Assembly: GCA_002269645.1 (NCBI GenBank)
Contig: NIVC01000476.1
Coordinates: 62,001-126,000, forward strand
Direction: 5' to 3'
Source of the DNA: Macrostomum lignano
Lineage: Eukaryota
Length of the DNA: 64,000 nt
Positions 45,895 to 56,885 of this stretch are shown here, piece by piece. A program made the position numbers and the translations under genes. The notes beneath the pieces are model-generated. The model searched no databases. It had not been told where the DNA came from and saw nothing but the letters and a program-made list of their open reading frames with translations. Each line of letters begins with the position of its first letter. Positions within the stretch are counted from its first letter, which is position 1.

Positions 45895-48609
45895 TTATTA
45901 ATATCAAGTAAAAAATTGGCTCCAAATATAAATACAACTAAATCGGAAAGAATTTTTTTAATTTTATTATGACCTACAATTGTACATTGAAATTTTCAAA
46001 TTTTTGAACCCTAAACAAAAGAAGAACCTGACTTAAATTTTAAAGTAAAGTTAAATTTACTTAAAATAATTATTCTTTTGAATTGACCTAGCTAATTATT
46101 TCAACTCGACTTCTAATTTATAATGGTTTTTATATTACCAATTAGAGGAAATAAAGCAATAGACATCACTTCATCAGCTGACGACCTAAATACGACCTAA
46201 ATTACGATGGCTAATAAAAAAATTATACAAAGTATAGTCTAACTAAAACTTACCCGAAATGACAAGGGCCTCATTAGGGCCGCATGTTTGAAAACCCCAA
46301 GGCATTGTAACTTGCAACTTCTGTACGAAAAATATTAATAAGAGTAAGACTTTAAGATCTTTAGTTCTACTCTGATGATTGTTATGATGGTCCTAACTCT
46401 CTCGTGGTCAACCCTCCTTAAAGTTTACAATGAATAAATAAATGTTGATAGTATTTCAAAATTATCTAAGTTCAACAATCGCTTTGCACAACAACAAAGT
46501 TTTCAGTTATTAGATGATTTCAAAGCCAAATTTTGAGCAAAATTCAGTTAAGAAAGGCTTTACCTATCATTTTCATTTGGATATCAACGACAGATTTGTT
46601 TTTTTATACGTTTCAAATTACATACGGCACGCGCAACCGTGACAAAGAGAACAATAACCCCAGTTTTTAGGCAGGGGGCGGATTTGAGCTCTTCTAAATG
46701 GTTTCCCATAACAAATTTTAAGGCGGTGCCCCATCTCAATGCTAGGAGCAGCTGCCCTATCCGGCAGGGTAAGCAACTTGAATTTAATCAAGTTGCCCAT
46801 GGATAGATTGATACGAGCTAACACTTGCACATTTAAGTGTAAAAGTAAAGGTGTACAAATATTTTTGGAGTTCAATTCTAGGAACATGTGGTCATTTTCA
46901 TTGTAATCTTAATCTTTATTTAATAAACCCGCTATATCTTTTTGCGCAACTCCAATCAAAAAATAGTTTTGCATGTTTCAAATTCAAATTCATGAACAAA
47001 ATGTATAGCATTTTGAAGCCTATTTATAATCTAGCGGTCATTCAATTTAGGCCTCAACGGCAGAATCAACGCGTGACAATTAAATTAAACCACCCAGCTT
47101 CCATTTTAAATGTGTGGTAAACAAAAATTTAAATGAAAAATTTGTTTTTTACTAAATTTGACTAAGTAGCTCTGCAGATGCGATGTCTTCGATCAAGGAC
47201 TATAGAATCGCATCGGCAATATAGAAAAAAGATTTTAAAATTGTTAGCTGCCCTATACTGATTCTTTCTTTCGTTTATTTACTTTTCATTAAGGGAACTA
47301 CTTTACCTAAAACTGAAGTGTGCGAAAAAGTTCTACTACAGCTACATATAAAATATAACAGACTAACACGCTGTGCATGCTAATTAAAATAATGGTAATC
47401 TTCACTGCCCAGATCAAATGCAATCATAGATTTTGTGATGAAAAAAGATTTTTTCTATCTTCGCAGTGTATTTTTTACAGGAAATTGGCCTCCAAAATTG
47501 CGCGATCTTTGCATGAGTTTTATACGTCCTGTTACTCATATACACTACAGTGGTCCAAACAAAAACCCCTTTAGTTGTCTCTCCAGAGGTCTACCTTGCA
47601 GAGTTAGTGTCATCGGGGTCTTTGAATCGATATCGTCTAAAAGCAGCCGAATATTCTCGGTTTTTTCCGAGCCAGGAATCCGCAAGCTTTCATCACTGCT
47701 CAAAACGTTTTAGACTTTCATTTGTAACAGCTACGGAATCTACATGTAAATCTAGTTATTGCTGCGAAGCTGCCAGGCCGCGGCTTTCAGAAACCAGCAG
47801 GACGAAAATCTTGAATAAAATTAAAATTTTGACAATACTAAGCAAATGGCTTCCCAAAAGAGTCAAATTCAATGTTTGCCTATCTGCGATTTGAGCAGAT
47901 CGAGCCATTTTTCTGAATTTTTAAAAGGACAGGTGATTAAGCTGGAAATTAATTAAGTAAGTAAACGAAGAGTTCTAGACTTCTAGAAGGTTTGCGCACT
48001 TTTCGCTTTATGGCTACTAAATAAAAAAAATTGCCATGGGAAAAAATATTTATTAATCGAAAAATTTGCATTCATTGTTTGAGTTCAATACAGGTGGAAA
48101 AGCTGCGGTAGGCCGACTTCGGGACTATAAAAATGTCTCAAATCTCAAGTGGGGAGATGAAATCTATAGTCAACCTTCGACTGTAACAATAACAGTTAAA
48201 AACTTACAGACATCTTATTAGCGCAACTTGAGGCTCATCTTTTTGCTGCTTCTGGTCATCGCAGCTGCTGCAGCGGTAAGTTTTCTTCATATCGGCACCA
48301 TCATCATCTGAAGCGTTGGAGAAAACAAGTTATTATAATATTATCCCTTTGATAATTAACTTTGCCAATAAAACATTTTCAGATGCCGCAAGGTCAGAGG
48401 CCGGAGACCGACTTGAGTTCTAAGCGCGACGCTGACGATTCTCCACTGATGGGGTCCGCCGGCACCGGTTCTGATGTGGCTGACGACGATAAGGACGTCG
48501 ATGAAGACGACAAAAGCGACAGGGATGCAGACAAGGATGATGATAAAGAGGAGGATGACAAAGACGATGATGAGCTCGATGAGGACGACAGGGACGACAA
48601 GGATGACAA

Positions 48610-48851
48610 ATATCAAAGTCAAATCTAGCGAGACACCGCAAGAGCTGCGGTACAACGCGGGAAGAGACACGGTCCCCGGGAGGTGAGAGAAAATACCGCG
48701 CGAAAACAAAGCAATGCGAAGGATGTGGGCGTACGCTAGCAGCAACGAACATGGCACGCCACCAACGCATCTGCAAGGACTGCTAACGACGGACCACGCC
48801 CCTAACGACTGCCCATGCCACATAAGGCGAAAAAGGGAAGAAGAAGAAGAA
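48610..48851 (+). mobile_element. Severely 5'-truncated RTE-like non-LTR retrotransposon (242 bp, 3' end only)
   Basis: Encodes ISKSNLARHRKSC..KQCEGCGRTLAATNMARHQRIC*, homologous to the C-terminus of the neighbouring element. (GAA)n tail. TSD-like flanks 48578-48609 and 48852-48883 (30/32 identical). Confidence 0.85.
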
Positions 48852-48974
48852 GATAAGGACGACAAGGACGACAAGGATGACAAGGACAAAAGGGACGCCG
48901 ATAAGGATGATGATGATGAAGAGGAAGACGAAGAGTAAGATAAGGACGACAAGGACGACAAGGATGACAAGGAC

Positions 48975-51805
48975 TTTCTTTTCTAAAAAGTTTAGAGCTC
49001 TCACAGAAGAGAAACTTCAAAGGACACTGGAAGAAATGAAGAATGAAGGGGTAGCAGATACGGAGAAAGAAAAAATGAAAGACTGGGACACACTCTCCAA
49101 GATACTTAACGAAGCCGCCAAAGAGGTGTGTGGCACAAACAAGAAGACCGCCCCAAACCCGTGGTTAATCGGACACGAAGAAGAATTAACAAGACTACAT
49201 GAAAACATTGACGCTAGAGTCCAAGACAGAAACAGAGCGGCGATATGTTTAAACGAAGCAGATTCGGACAGAGCAAGAAGAAATGGACACAGAAGGATGC
49301 AAACTGCCGCAGAGGACTTAAGAACGGCAAGGAAAGACATGAAGAACAGACTTAAAGAACTCGAAGAAGAATGGTGGGACGAGATAATCGAGATGAGTGT
49401 AGAAGCAAGCATCCGCGGAATCTCCGTGGAGTGTACAAAGCGCTTAGACGGCTAGGACAAAGGTAGAGTAAACCTAGAACTGAAACTACAATCACCACCG
49501 AAGAATTCAAAGAACATTTTGAGAAAGTCTCTAAAGATCGTTTTGAACTTAACCGTGAAGAACTTTTCAGAGTAGTGGATAAAATGCAGGACCTAAGGAG
49601 GAACAAAGAAGCAAAGGAGGCAAACAATGAAATGAACGAAGAACTAACGGAAGCAGAGATACTACAAGCGATAAAGGAAATGAGAGAATCTGAACCAAGC
49701 AAAGACGGTGTCAGAATTTGTTAAATTAAGGAAGCAGACAAAGCCACAAGAAACGAAATAATCAAAGTGGTACAACAGATGTTCAAATACAAAGCAGAGA
49801 AATGGAGTGAAAGCCTGAAAATTGGACAAATCATCCCACTCCACAAGAAGGGCGACATCAACAACCCGAACAATTACAGAGGGGTATGTCTGCTTGCAAT
49901 GGGTAGCCGCATTCTGGCGAGAGTACTCGCCACACGGCTGAGAACAGGGACAGAGAAACTTAAAATACTGAGTGAAAACCAAAATGGATTCCGTCAGAAC
50001 AGATCAATAGCAGATGCAACCCAGATCATGATACGCATCCAAGAAGATATGGAAGACCTACGAAAAAGAAGAACTCAAACAGGAACGCAGCCAGAGACAG
50101 AAGCAGACCCAGAAGCGAGACTACTTGACCTAAAAAAGGCGTACCCACGCGTCAACAAGCCGGCACTGTGGAGAATACTAAGTATACTGGGTCTTAAAGG
50201 ACGCTTCCACCAAACAATATGTAATCTACACGAAACAACGGAGTACTGCATCCGAGGAAAAGAAGAAGACAGCGAAAGCTGGCACCCGGAAAGAGGCCTC
50301 AGGGAAGGATGCCCAACATCCCCAATACTCTTCAACATCTTCCACCAAACAGTGATGCAACAAGCGGAAAAGGAAAGAAAGACAGCTGCACAAGAGAAAG
50401 GACAGACGGCAGGCATCAAATGGCATTGGATACCAGATGGGGGCCTACCAGGCGACACATCCAGACACGCCAACAACAGTGAACTGGTCGAAGAATCTAT
50501 GTCGTCCATCCTATTCGCGGATGACACAACGATCATTGGCCCAACAAAGGAAATGGAAGAGGGCATAACAACGATCAAATCCTCAATGGAGAGGTTCGAA
50601 GAAAAAATGAACGACGACAAAGAAGAGAGAGTCATCTTTGGAAGAACGAACCAAGCAGAAACCCGTTTCCTCGGCTGCTGGATAGAATCAAAACATGATG
50701 TAACCGACCGAAAACGAAGAGCACGCAGTCTATGGGGAAAAGTTAAGATCCAACTGAATAAAAAGTCGAATCAGCAAAAAGAAGCAGGCAAAAATTGTGG
50801 AAACTTGCGTTGAGAGTGGCTTACTCTTCGACTGCAACACAAGGCCTTGGTCGACCAACGAAATTAAGTCGCTTCAAAGCTGGGTGGACAAATGCTACAG
50901 ACATATCTGGAGTAACAAACGCGAGCCACCCCTGAAGCAGATGGAACGAGAACGAGTCAACATGCAAGACATAAGAAACGAACTGGAGATCAAATCTATT
51001 AGGTGGAAAATTGAAAAAAGGACCCTCGAAAGGATCGGTCACATAATGCGCTTGGAAAACACCAGAATGGTAAAAATTGCAACGCTAGTATGGCTCAACG
51101 ATCTTAAACAAATCAAGAAATGCCGAGGCAAGAAAAAGAAGACCCTCTTTTACTGGAAGAAACTACTAAAGGAAACAAGCATCGACTGGAAAAGGATCAA
51201 AGAGGAAACAAGAGACAGAAAGAAATGGAAGGAGACCATCATGAAGAGAATGAAACACCTGGAAGAGTTTGAGAAAAGGAGAGGTCATCGACACAGCGGA
51301 GAACAAACACTGGAAAGGAACGAGAAAACAGTAACCAGCAAGGAGATTATCTGCGACTGGCCCGGATGCGGTAAAAAATGTAAATCCCGAGGCGGTCTCG
51401 CAATCCACATGAAGAGAATGCATCGAGAGCAGAAAGTCACGTTTAAATGCGATATATGCACCACCACTTTCAAGAGCGAGAACACACTCAAAAACCACAG
51501 AAAAGCATGTAATGGAATTGACAGAACAGAAGAAGAGATGAGAATATGCGGAAGATGTGGCGCCAAAATTCACCGGAAAAACATCGCAAGGCACAGACGC
51601 AGTTGCTCACATGACAACACAGGAGAACCTAACATCAACAACACAGTGAGAGTCTACAAGAGGAAATGGAAAGAATGTCCGGGTTGCAAAAGAATGCTGG
51701 CGGCGACAAACATGGCTAGACACAGAAGAAATTGTGACATCGACGACCCCTAGCATCGTGGGGTGAGGCATACCCTCAGTGAGGGTGAAAAGCCTAAATG
51801 GAATG
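48975..51805 (+). mobile_element. RTE-clade non-LTR retrotransposon, 5'-truncated (no endonuclease), degenerate RT plus four C-terminal zinc fingers
   Basis: RT motifs IPLHKKGD..NYRGVCLL, QNGFR, LLDLKKAYPRV, GLREGCPTSPILFNI and LFADD; RTE-type IGHIMR..W..RDRKKW tail. Frameshifts near 49.43 kb and 50.78 kb plus stops. AATGG-type tail. TSD 48939-48974 / 51806-51841 (35/36 identical). Confidence 0.9.
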
Positions 51806-52696
51806 GATAAGGACGACAAGGACGACAAGGATCACAAGGACGACAAATGCGACCGGGACGCCGACAAGGATGACGATGAGGATGCCGATGACGATGGAAA
51901 GGAAGAAGATGATTATGACAAGTGACATATGTTCTCAATTGACAAACGACGCTAGCCTGTTGATCATGGCTGTTTGCAAAATAAATCTGAGGACCAAATA
52001 TATTTGTTGACTTTGCAATCTAAAACAAACTCGACTTTTATTGTTGGTGTTTACCTTAAGCTTTTGCTATATTGCGTTGTATAACATTCTCTAGATTTAT
52101 ACTGGGAAAATACTCGTAGCAAAGCGACACCGCCAAAATTCATTAATTCAACGTTGGGAAGCTCGGTTGAGAGCGTGTTGCGTTCTACATGTAACAGACT
52201 TTAGAACAAAATCCTACAAGAAGTTGACAATCTTCAATAAGAATATTGGCCAGTAAGCCTCTTAAAATGTAGTGGCTATATTAAAATAAATCATTTACAA
52301 ACTGATCGACCGGTGATTTACCTACAATACATCGACTTCATGGGTCTCTCCAGCTGGAAAAAAAAGCTATAAGTGCGACTTGTTTTCGTTTCATAGACCG
52401 GTTTGAAATCTCGCGACAAGATACAAGACGTCTGAATCATGGATGAATAAAGCATGGATTGCTCGTGGCCTTAAATTTAGGGGTGCAATTTTGCTCGCGA
52501 AGCCCCCGTTCGCACCCATTGGCTATTGAAGATTTCTATTTTGTCTATGGTAAAACGTTGTAAGCTGCAGTGCTGATTCATGTACAACTGCGATGGCCTC
52601 TCTTTATTTGCATATCCTGTCAAACATGCACAGAGGCTGGCTATTTGGCTCGACAACGTTGAAACAGATCGAGGACATCTAGCAAGTCCTATGTGA

Positions 52697-53241
52697 NNNN
52701 NNNNNNNNNNNNNNNNNNNNNNNNNNNNNNNNNNNNNNNNNNNNNNNNNNNNNNNNNNNNNNNNNNNNNNNNNNNNNNNNNNNNNNNNNNNNNNNNNNNN
52801 NNNNNNNNNNNNNNNNNNNNNNNNNNNNNNNNNNNNNNNNNNNNNNNNNNNNNNNNNNNNNNNNNNNNNNNNNNNNNNNNNNNNNNNNNNNNNNNNNNNN
52901 NNNNNNNNNNNNNNNNNNNNNNNNNNNNNNNNNNNNNNNNNNNNNNNNNNNNNNNNNNNNNNNNNNNNNNNNNNNNNNNNNNNNNNNNNNNNNNNNNNNN
53001 NNNNNNNNNNNNNNNNNNNNNNNNNNNNNNNNNNNNNNNNNNNNNNNNNNNNNNNNNNNNNNNNNNNNNNNNNNNNNNNNNNNNNNNNNNNNNNNNNNNN
53101 NNNNNNNNNNNNNNNNNNNNNNNNNNNNNNNNNNNNNNNNNNNNNNNNNNNNNNNNNNNNNNNNNNNNNNNNNNNNNNNNNNNNNNNNNNNNNNNNNNNN
53201 NNNNNNNNNNNNNNNNNNNNNNNNNNNNNNNNNNNNNNNNN
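52697..53241. other. Assembly gap (545 N)
   Basis: Run of N. Confidence 1.
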
Positions 53242-54440
53242 TGTGAAATTTAGGCGATATGAAATTTAGGCGTTGTGAAGTGTGGTGGTTTTAGGCGTTG
53301 TGAAATTTAGGTCTTATGAAAGCGTCCCCTTTTATTCATCCATGGTCTAAATACGAGGTATGTGAACAAAAATGTCTATGACCTAAACATCAGGCGCAGG
53401 CCACAGCCGACTCCCCTTGGACCCTGGATGTGCTCAAATTCTGTATAGAGTTTTTCTTACACGGCCGTACCAACTAGCAAGCGTCAGAATGCCTCTCACT
53501 GTTGAAAAAAATTGCCATACTGCGTCTGCTCAACGCAACAAAAACACTGCTCATGCCCTGGGACCGGACCTCATGCTGTATCAGCTGGCAGAATGTCTAT
53601 AGTCTATGTCCGGTCCTCCAGCGAGACTACAGACTGGGCGGGGTGCTTCTCTAGAGAAAAAATGTAGCCTAAAAGGGGCTGTAGAAACCGAGCGAGAGGA
53701 TTTACCATAGACAGTCACTGCAGGCGTGAAAAGCATTTCGTTCCCGTTGTCTTTGCACTGAATTAATAACCTTCTGTCCATAAGAGTTATATGAAATAGG
53801 CTTGGCCCTGCAGTGCATTTTAAAATCATTTTAAACAAACATAGGTTGATTACAACGTTGAAACGAGGGTTTCGCTTGCAGTCAAGCAGATCAATAAGCA
53901 AGCAAGCAGCCTCAAAGTGAAATCCAGAAAATCTGCAGCTTGCGAAGGATTTTTGTTTTTTAATGTTGGATCGCGTCTTCCACGATCTGCTAAAAGTGAG
54001 TTTCTGTTATTTGTTATTATATTTAAACATTACTATGGCCTTTTTTATCATTAAATTTGAACTTGCGCTCTTCGAGTGCGTAGGTTGTTGCTAAAATGAT
54101 ATATGCATCTGTTTCGCCATTTATATTCGAACTGTTATAAAAAATGAAAAACCGGATCTTGGATCGCTCGAGACAACGCTCGTAATCTATTGCACCCTAA
54201 AATGGCAGATCCAAAAATTAGGGCGGTAAGAGGAATTTTCGCACCACATTGTCGGCTGATTTTCCATGCAAGAATGGCATTCTTGCACTCTTTTGCGTGC
54301 AGGAATGGATGTCTATGGTAAAATCTCACTGAAAAAGCATTAGGCGCAGAAATGCATTCCTGCACGGTTTTGTGCATTCCTGCACGATGAATCATCCGAC
54401 AATGGAATTCCTGCACGGTCACGAGTGCGGGAATGACATC

Positions 54441-56800
54441 TGCACGAGTGCGCGCTAGCGTGCAAGAATGCCATTCCCGCATGCCTTTGCGTGCCGGAAT
54501 GCTTTTGTCTATGGAAAAATTTCACTTGTGGCTACACAAAAATCAGTGCACTGCACCCATGGAACGAATGTATTTAAACATAGTGAAACGTAGAACAAGA
54601 ATGAAATTGCAAAGTGACGATAAATTTAAACAAGTAACGCTAAGGTCAGCATGAAGTCAATATTGAGCGTAGTAGACTGCATCACATATCACTCAAATGT
54701 AAACTCCACCACGTTGCGTTCGCCGTTGGCTACGATCTTCATGCACTTCGTTAAGGCAGTAGAAACCGTCACAGTGGATGCGCCGGCGCTTGACATTGTT
54801 GTGATGACAGGCTGGTTACCAGTAGAAACCGGTGCCAAAGCAGTCTCTCTGCCACCGAACTGCACGTTGTCGCTGTCAGTCAGGGCACGTGTCAGTTGCC
54901 CGCTCATGCCTGCGACGATTGTCTCTCTCTTTTTTCCGCGACGGATGTAGCGCTCCACGGATGTGGACGACTACGAAACAAAAAATATATGGTAATGATA
55001 GTCATATTGCATGCATGACATGAATCAAAATTAGAGCAGAATAAGGACGAAAAATGCGCTGACCTTATGACCTGTGGCCTTCGCGATTGTTTCGATTGCA
55101 AAGCCGGATTCATGAAGAGTGGTAACGACCGTCGGACGTACGCAGTGGGCGGTGTACACCCTGGAGAGCTGGGCATTGGTAGAAATATTTTTCAGTAGAG
55201 GCCCGAGAGTTTGGACGCCGACTGGTTGCTTTGTGTACCACACACCGTCTGGACCGACTCGAGACTTTGGTCGCAGGAAAACGTCGCGTCCGTTCCAACC
55301 GGGAACATCGTTGATCTTGGCTTTGTAGAGCAGAAAAGCACGAACCGGACATTTTGCAGCTACTGACGTCGCCACCATCATCGCTTCCTTGTTGTCGTCG
55401 CACTCCCTCATGTCGGTGGAACCATGCACATTCTTTGATGTACCGCCCTGCAGCTTGATTTCAAACGACCCATTGGCCAGTTTTACCTGGCTGAACGACT
55501 GCATGGTGATTCCACGAACCCACTCTCTGCCCCGATTGCCAAAGTAGTATAGCAGATTGAAGTACACCTCCTCCTGAAGTCGCGACGGTGTTGCCCTGTC
55601 GAAGTATGCACTAAGCTTGATCAAGTCGTCAGACTCTATGGCCCCGTAGTGGCGGATCCGACCACCATTCTGCAAAAAAGCGTTGCAGACATACTTGATC
55701 ATCAGGTTAGCCGCATGAAAAGCTGGATCCACAATGATGTCGAGGCCACGCAGCTGTACAGTTTGTTTTGCTTAAAATATTAGAAATAGAGCAATAGATA
55801 GAGAGAGATGGCGAGAGATCTGCTCTATAGTAATAGAGCAGAATGAAGTACACCTCGTGTAGAAGCTTCGTCCCATTTGAGCGGTCGAAGTACGTCCACA
55901 GTTTGTTCAGATCGTCCTTCTCCATCGCCTCGTAATGCCGAATGCGACCGCCATTTTTTAGGAACATTCGACAAACGGCCTTCAAGGCTAAATTCGCAAT
56001 ATGAAACTTTTCACCTTCAATGATGACCTTCAATGTTAATGGCCCTGGTACGCCTGAAATACCGAAACAAGCCGGCTCGAAAGCAGATTAGACTAGACGG
56101 TGCGTAGAAGCTCCCATCCTGCTTTCTAAGAGTGGCATAGAAGAACTTCAGCTTTTCCGCAAGCTCGTCCTCAGTGCAGGATCCAGCTTCAAAGCTTTCG
56201 AATTTGTACTCTCGAAGAAATACTTGGAAGCGGGCAATAGCCGATTCTTCTTGCTTTTCGGTAGAGATGACCTTGGTCTCCTCGTCCTGTCTGTCGACAA
56301 TCGCTTGCAGTTCAGTTGTGGAACCTCCAACATCCGGAATTGATTCCGAGTCTTCACCCTCCACCAAGGGAATCAGATTGAACAGTTCTTCCAGAGTAGG
56401 TAGGAGCGGCACATCATCGAACATCGTCCGCTCGATCAACGAATTTCTGTCCATGAGCTCTACATGCTTCTCGATTTCTGCCGTAGTCAAGCCGGTTATG
56501 CAATTGTCCGGGAATTGAGACAGATGAATCATGTTTTCAAATGAACGCACACTGAGACGAACAAATATCGCGCTGTAGTGGAGAGAAAGATATTCCTTGC
56601 CTCCCTCAACCCTGTTCTTTGCAAATTGCCATAGACAAAAATGAATAGCCACTGTTGGCTAGTCTATATGATAATGTGATAGAAGCACGGCTTGCGCGTG
56701 CAACAACGCCATAGACACTCGTGCGCGTCACTATCTTTCCATTATTTTGACTCACTTGTTGGCTAGTCTATATGATAATGGCAAATGCACGAGTGCGCGC
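54441..56800 (-). mobile_element. Crypton-type tyrosine-recombinase DNA transposon (boundaries approximate)
   Basis: Recombinase gene flanked by a 15-bp direct repeat TGCACGAGTGCGCGC (54441-54455, 56786-56800) and a 12-bp inverted repeat TTTTGTCTATGG (54503-54514, 56629-56640). Confidence 0.65.
54689..56652 (-). pseudogene. Crypton/DUF3504 (KIAA1958/ZMYM-like) tyrosine recombinase, chimeric: copy A 56652-~55830, copy B exons 55753-55064 and 54970-54689
   Basis: LKFFYATLRKQDGSFYAPSSLICFRAGLFRYF, FGNRGRE, TSKN, CPVRAF, WYTKQPVG, YTAHCVRPT and TGHK|SSTSVERY motifs. 93-nt GT-AG intron at 55063-54971. Confidence 0.85.
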
Positions 56801-56885
56801 ATATCAGTCTACCAACTGGTAAGAAATCGTAGATAAAATCAAGCAAATTTTAATCCACCCTCGAAGCAGGATAGATATCAAAATC

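Larger units (their letters stand above)
48222..51925 (+). pseudogene. Secreted Asp/Lys-rich acidic protein gene disrupted by two retrotransposon insertions
   Basis: Exon 48222-48275 encodes RNLRLIFLLLLVIAAAAA (signal-like) with GTAAGT donor at 48276 and TTTTCAG acceptor at 48382, phase 0. It continues MPQGQRPETDLSSKRDADD..DDKDDK. D/K-rich coding resumes at 48852 and 51806 and ends at TGA 51923-51925, with AATAAA at 51980. In-frame TAA at 48936. The initiator codon is unresolved. Confidence 0.7.

Noticed and set aside
48480-51925. DDK repeats resembling a FLAG tag (vector contamination)
   Set aside because: There is no DYKDDDDK, codons vary, and the tract sits in a natural exon-intron context with retrotransposon insertions.
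52693-53253. 186-aa ORF of X residues
   Set aside because: Artefact of the N gap.
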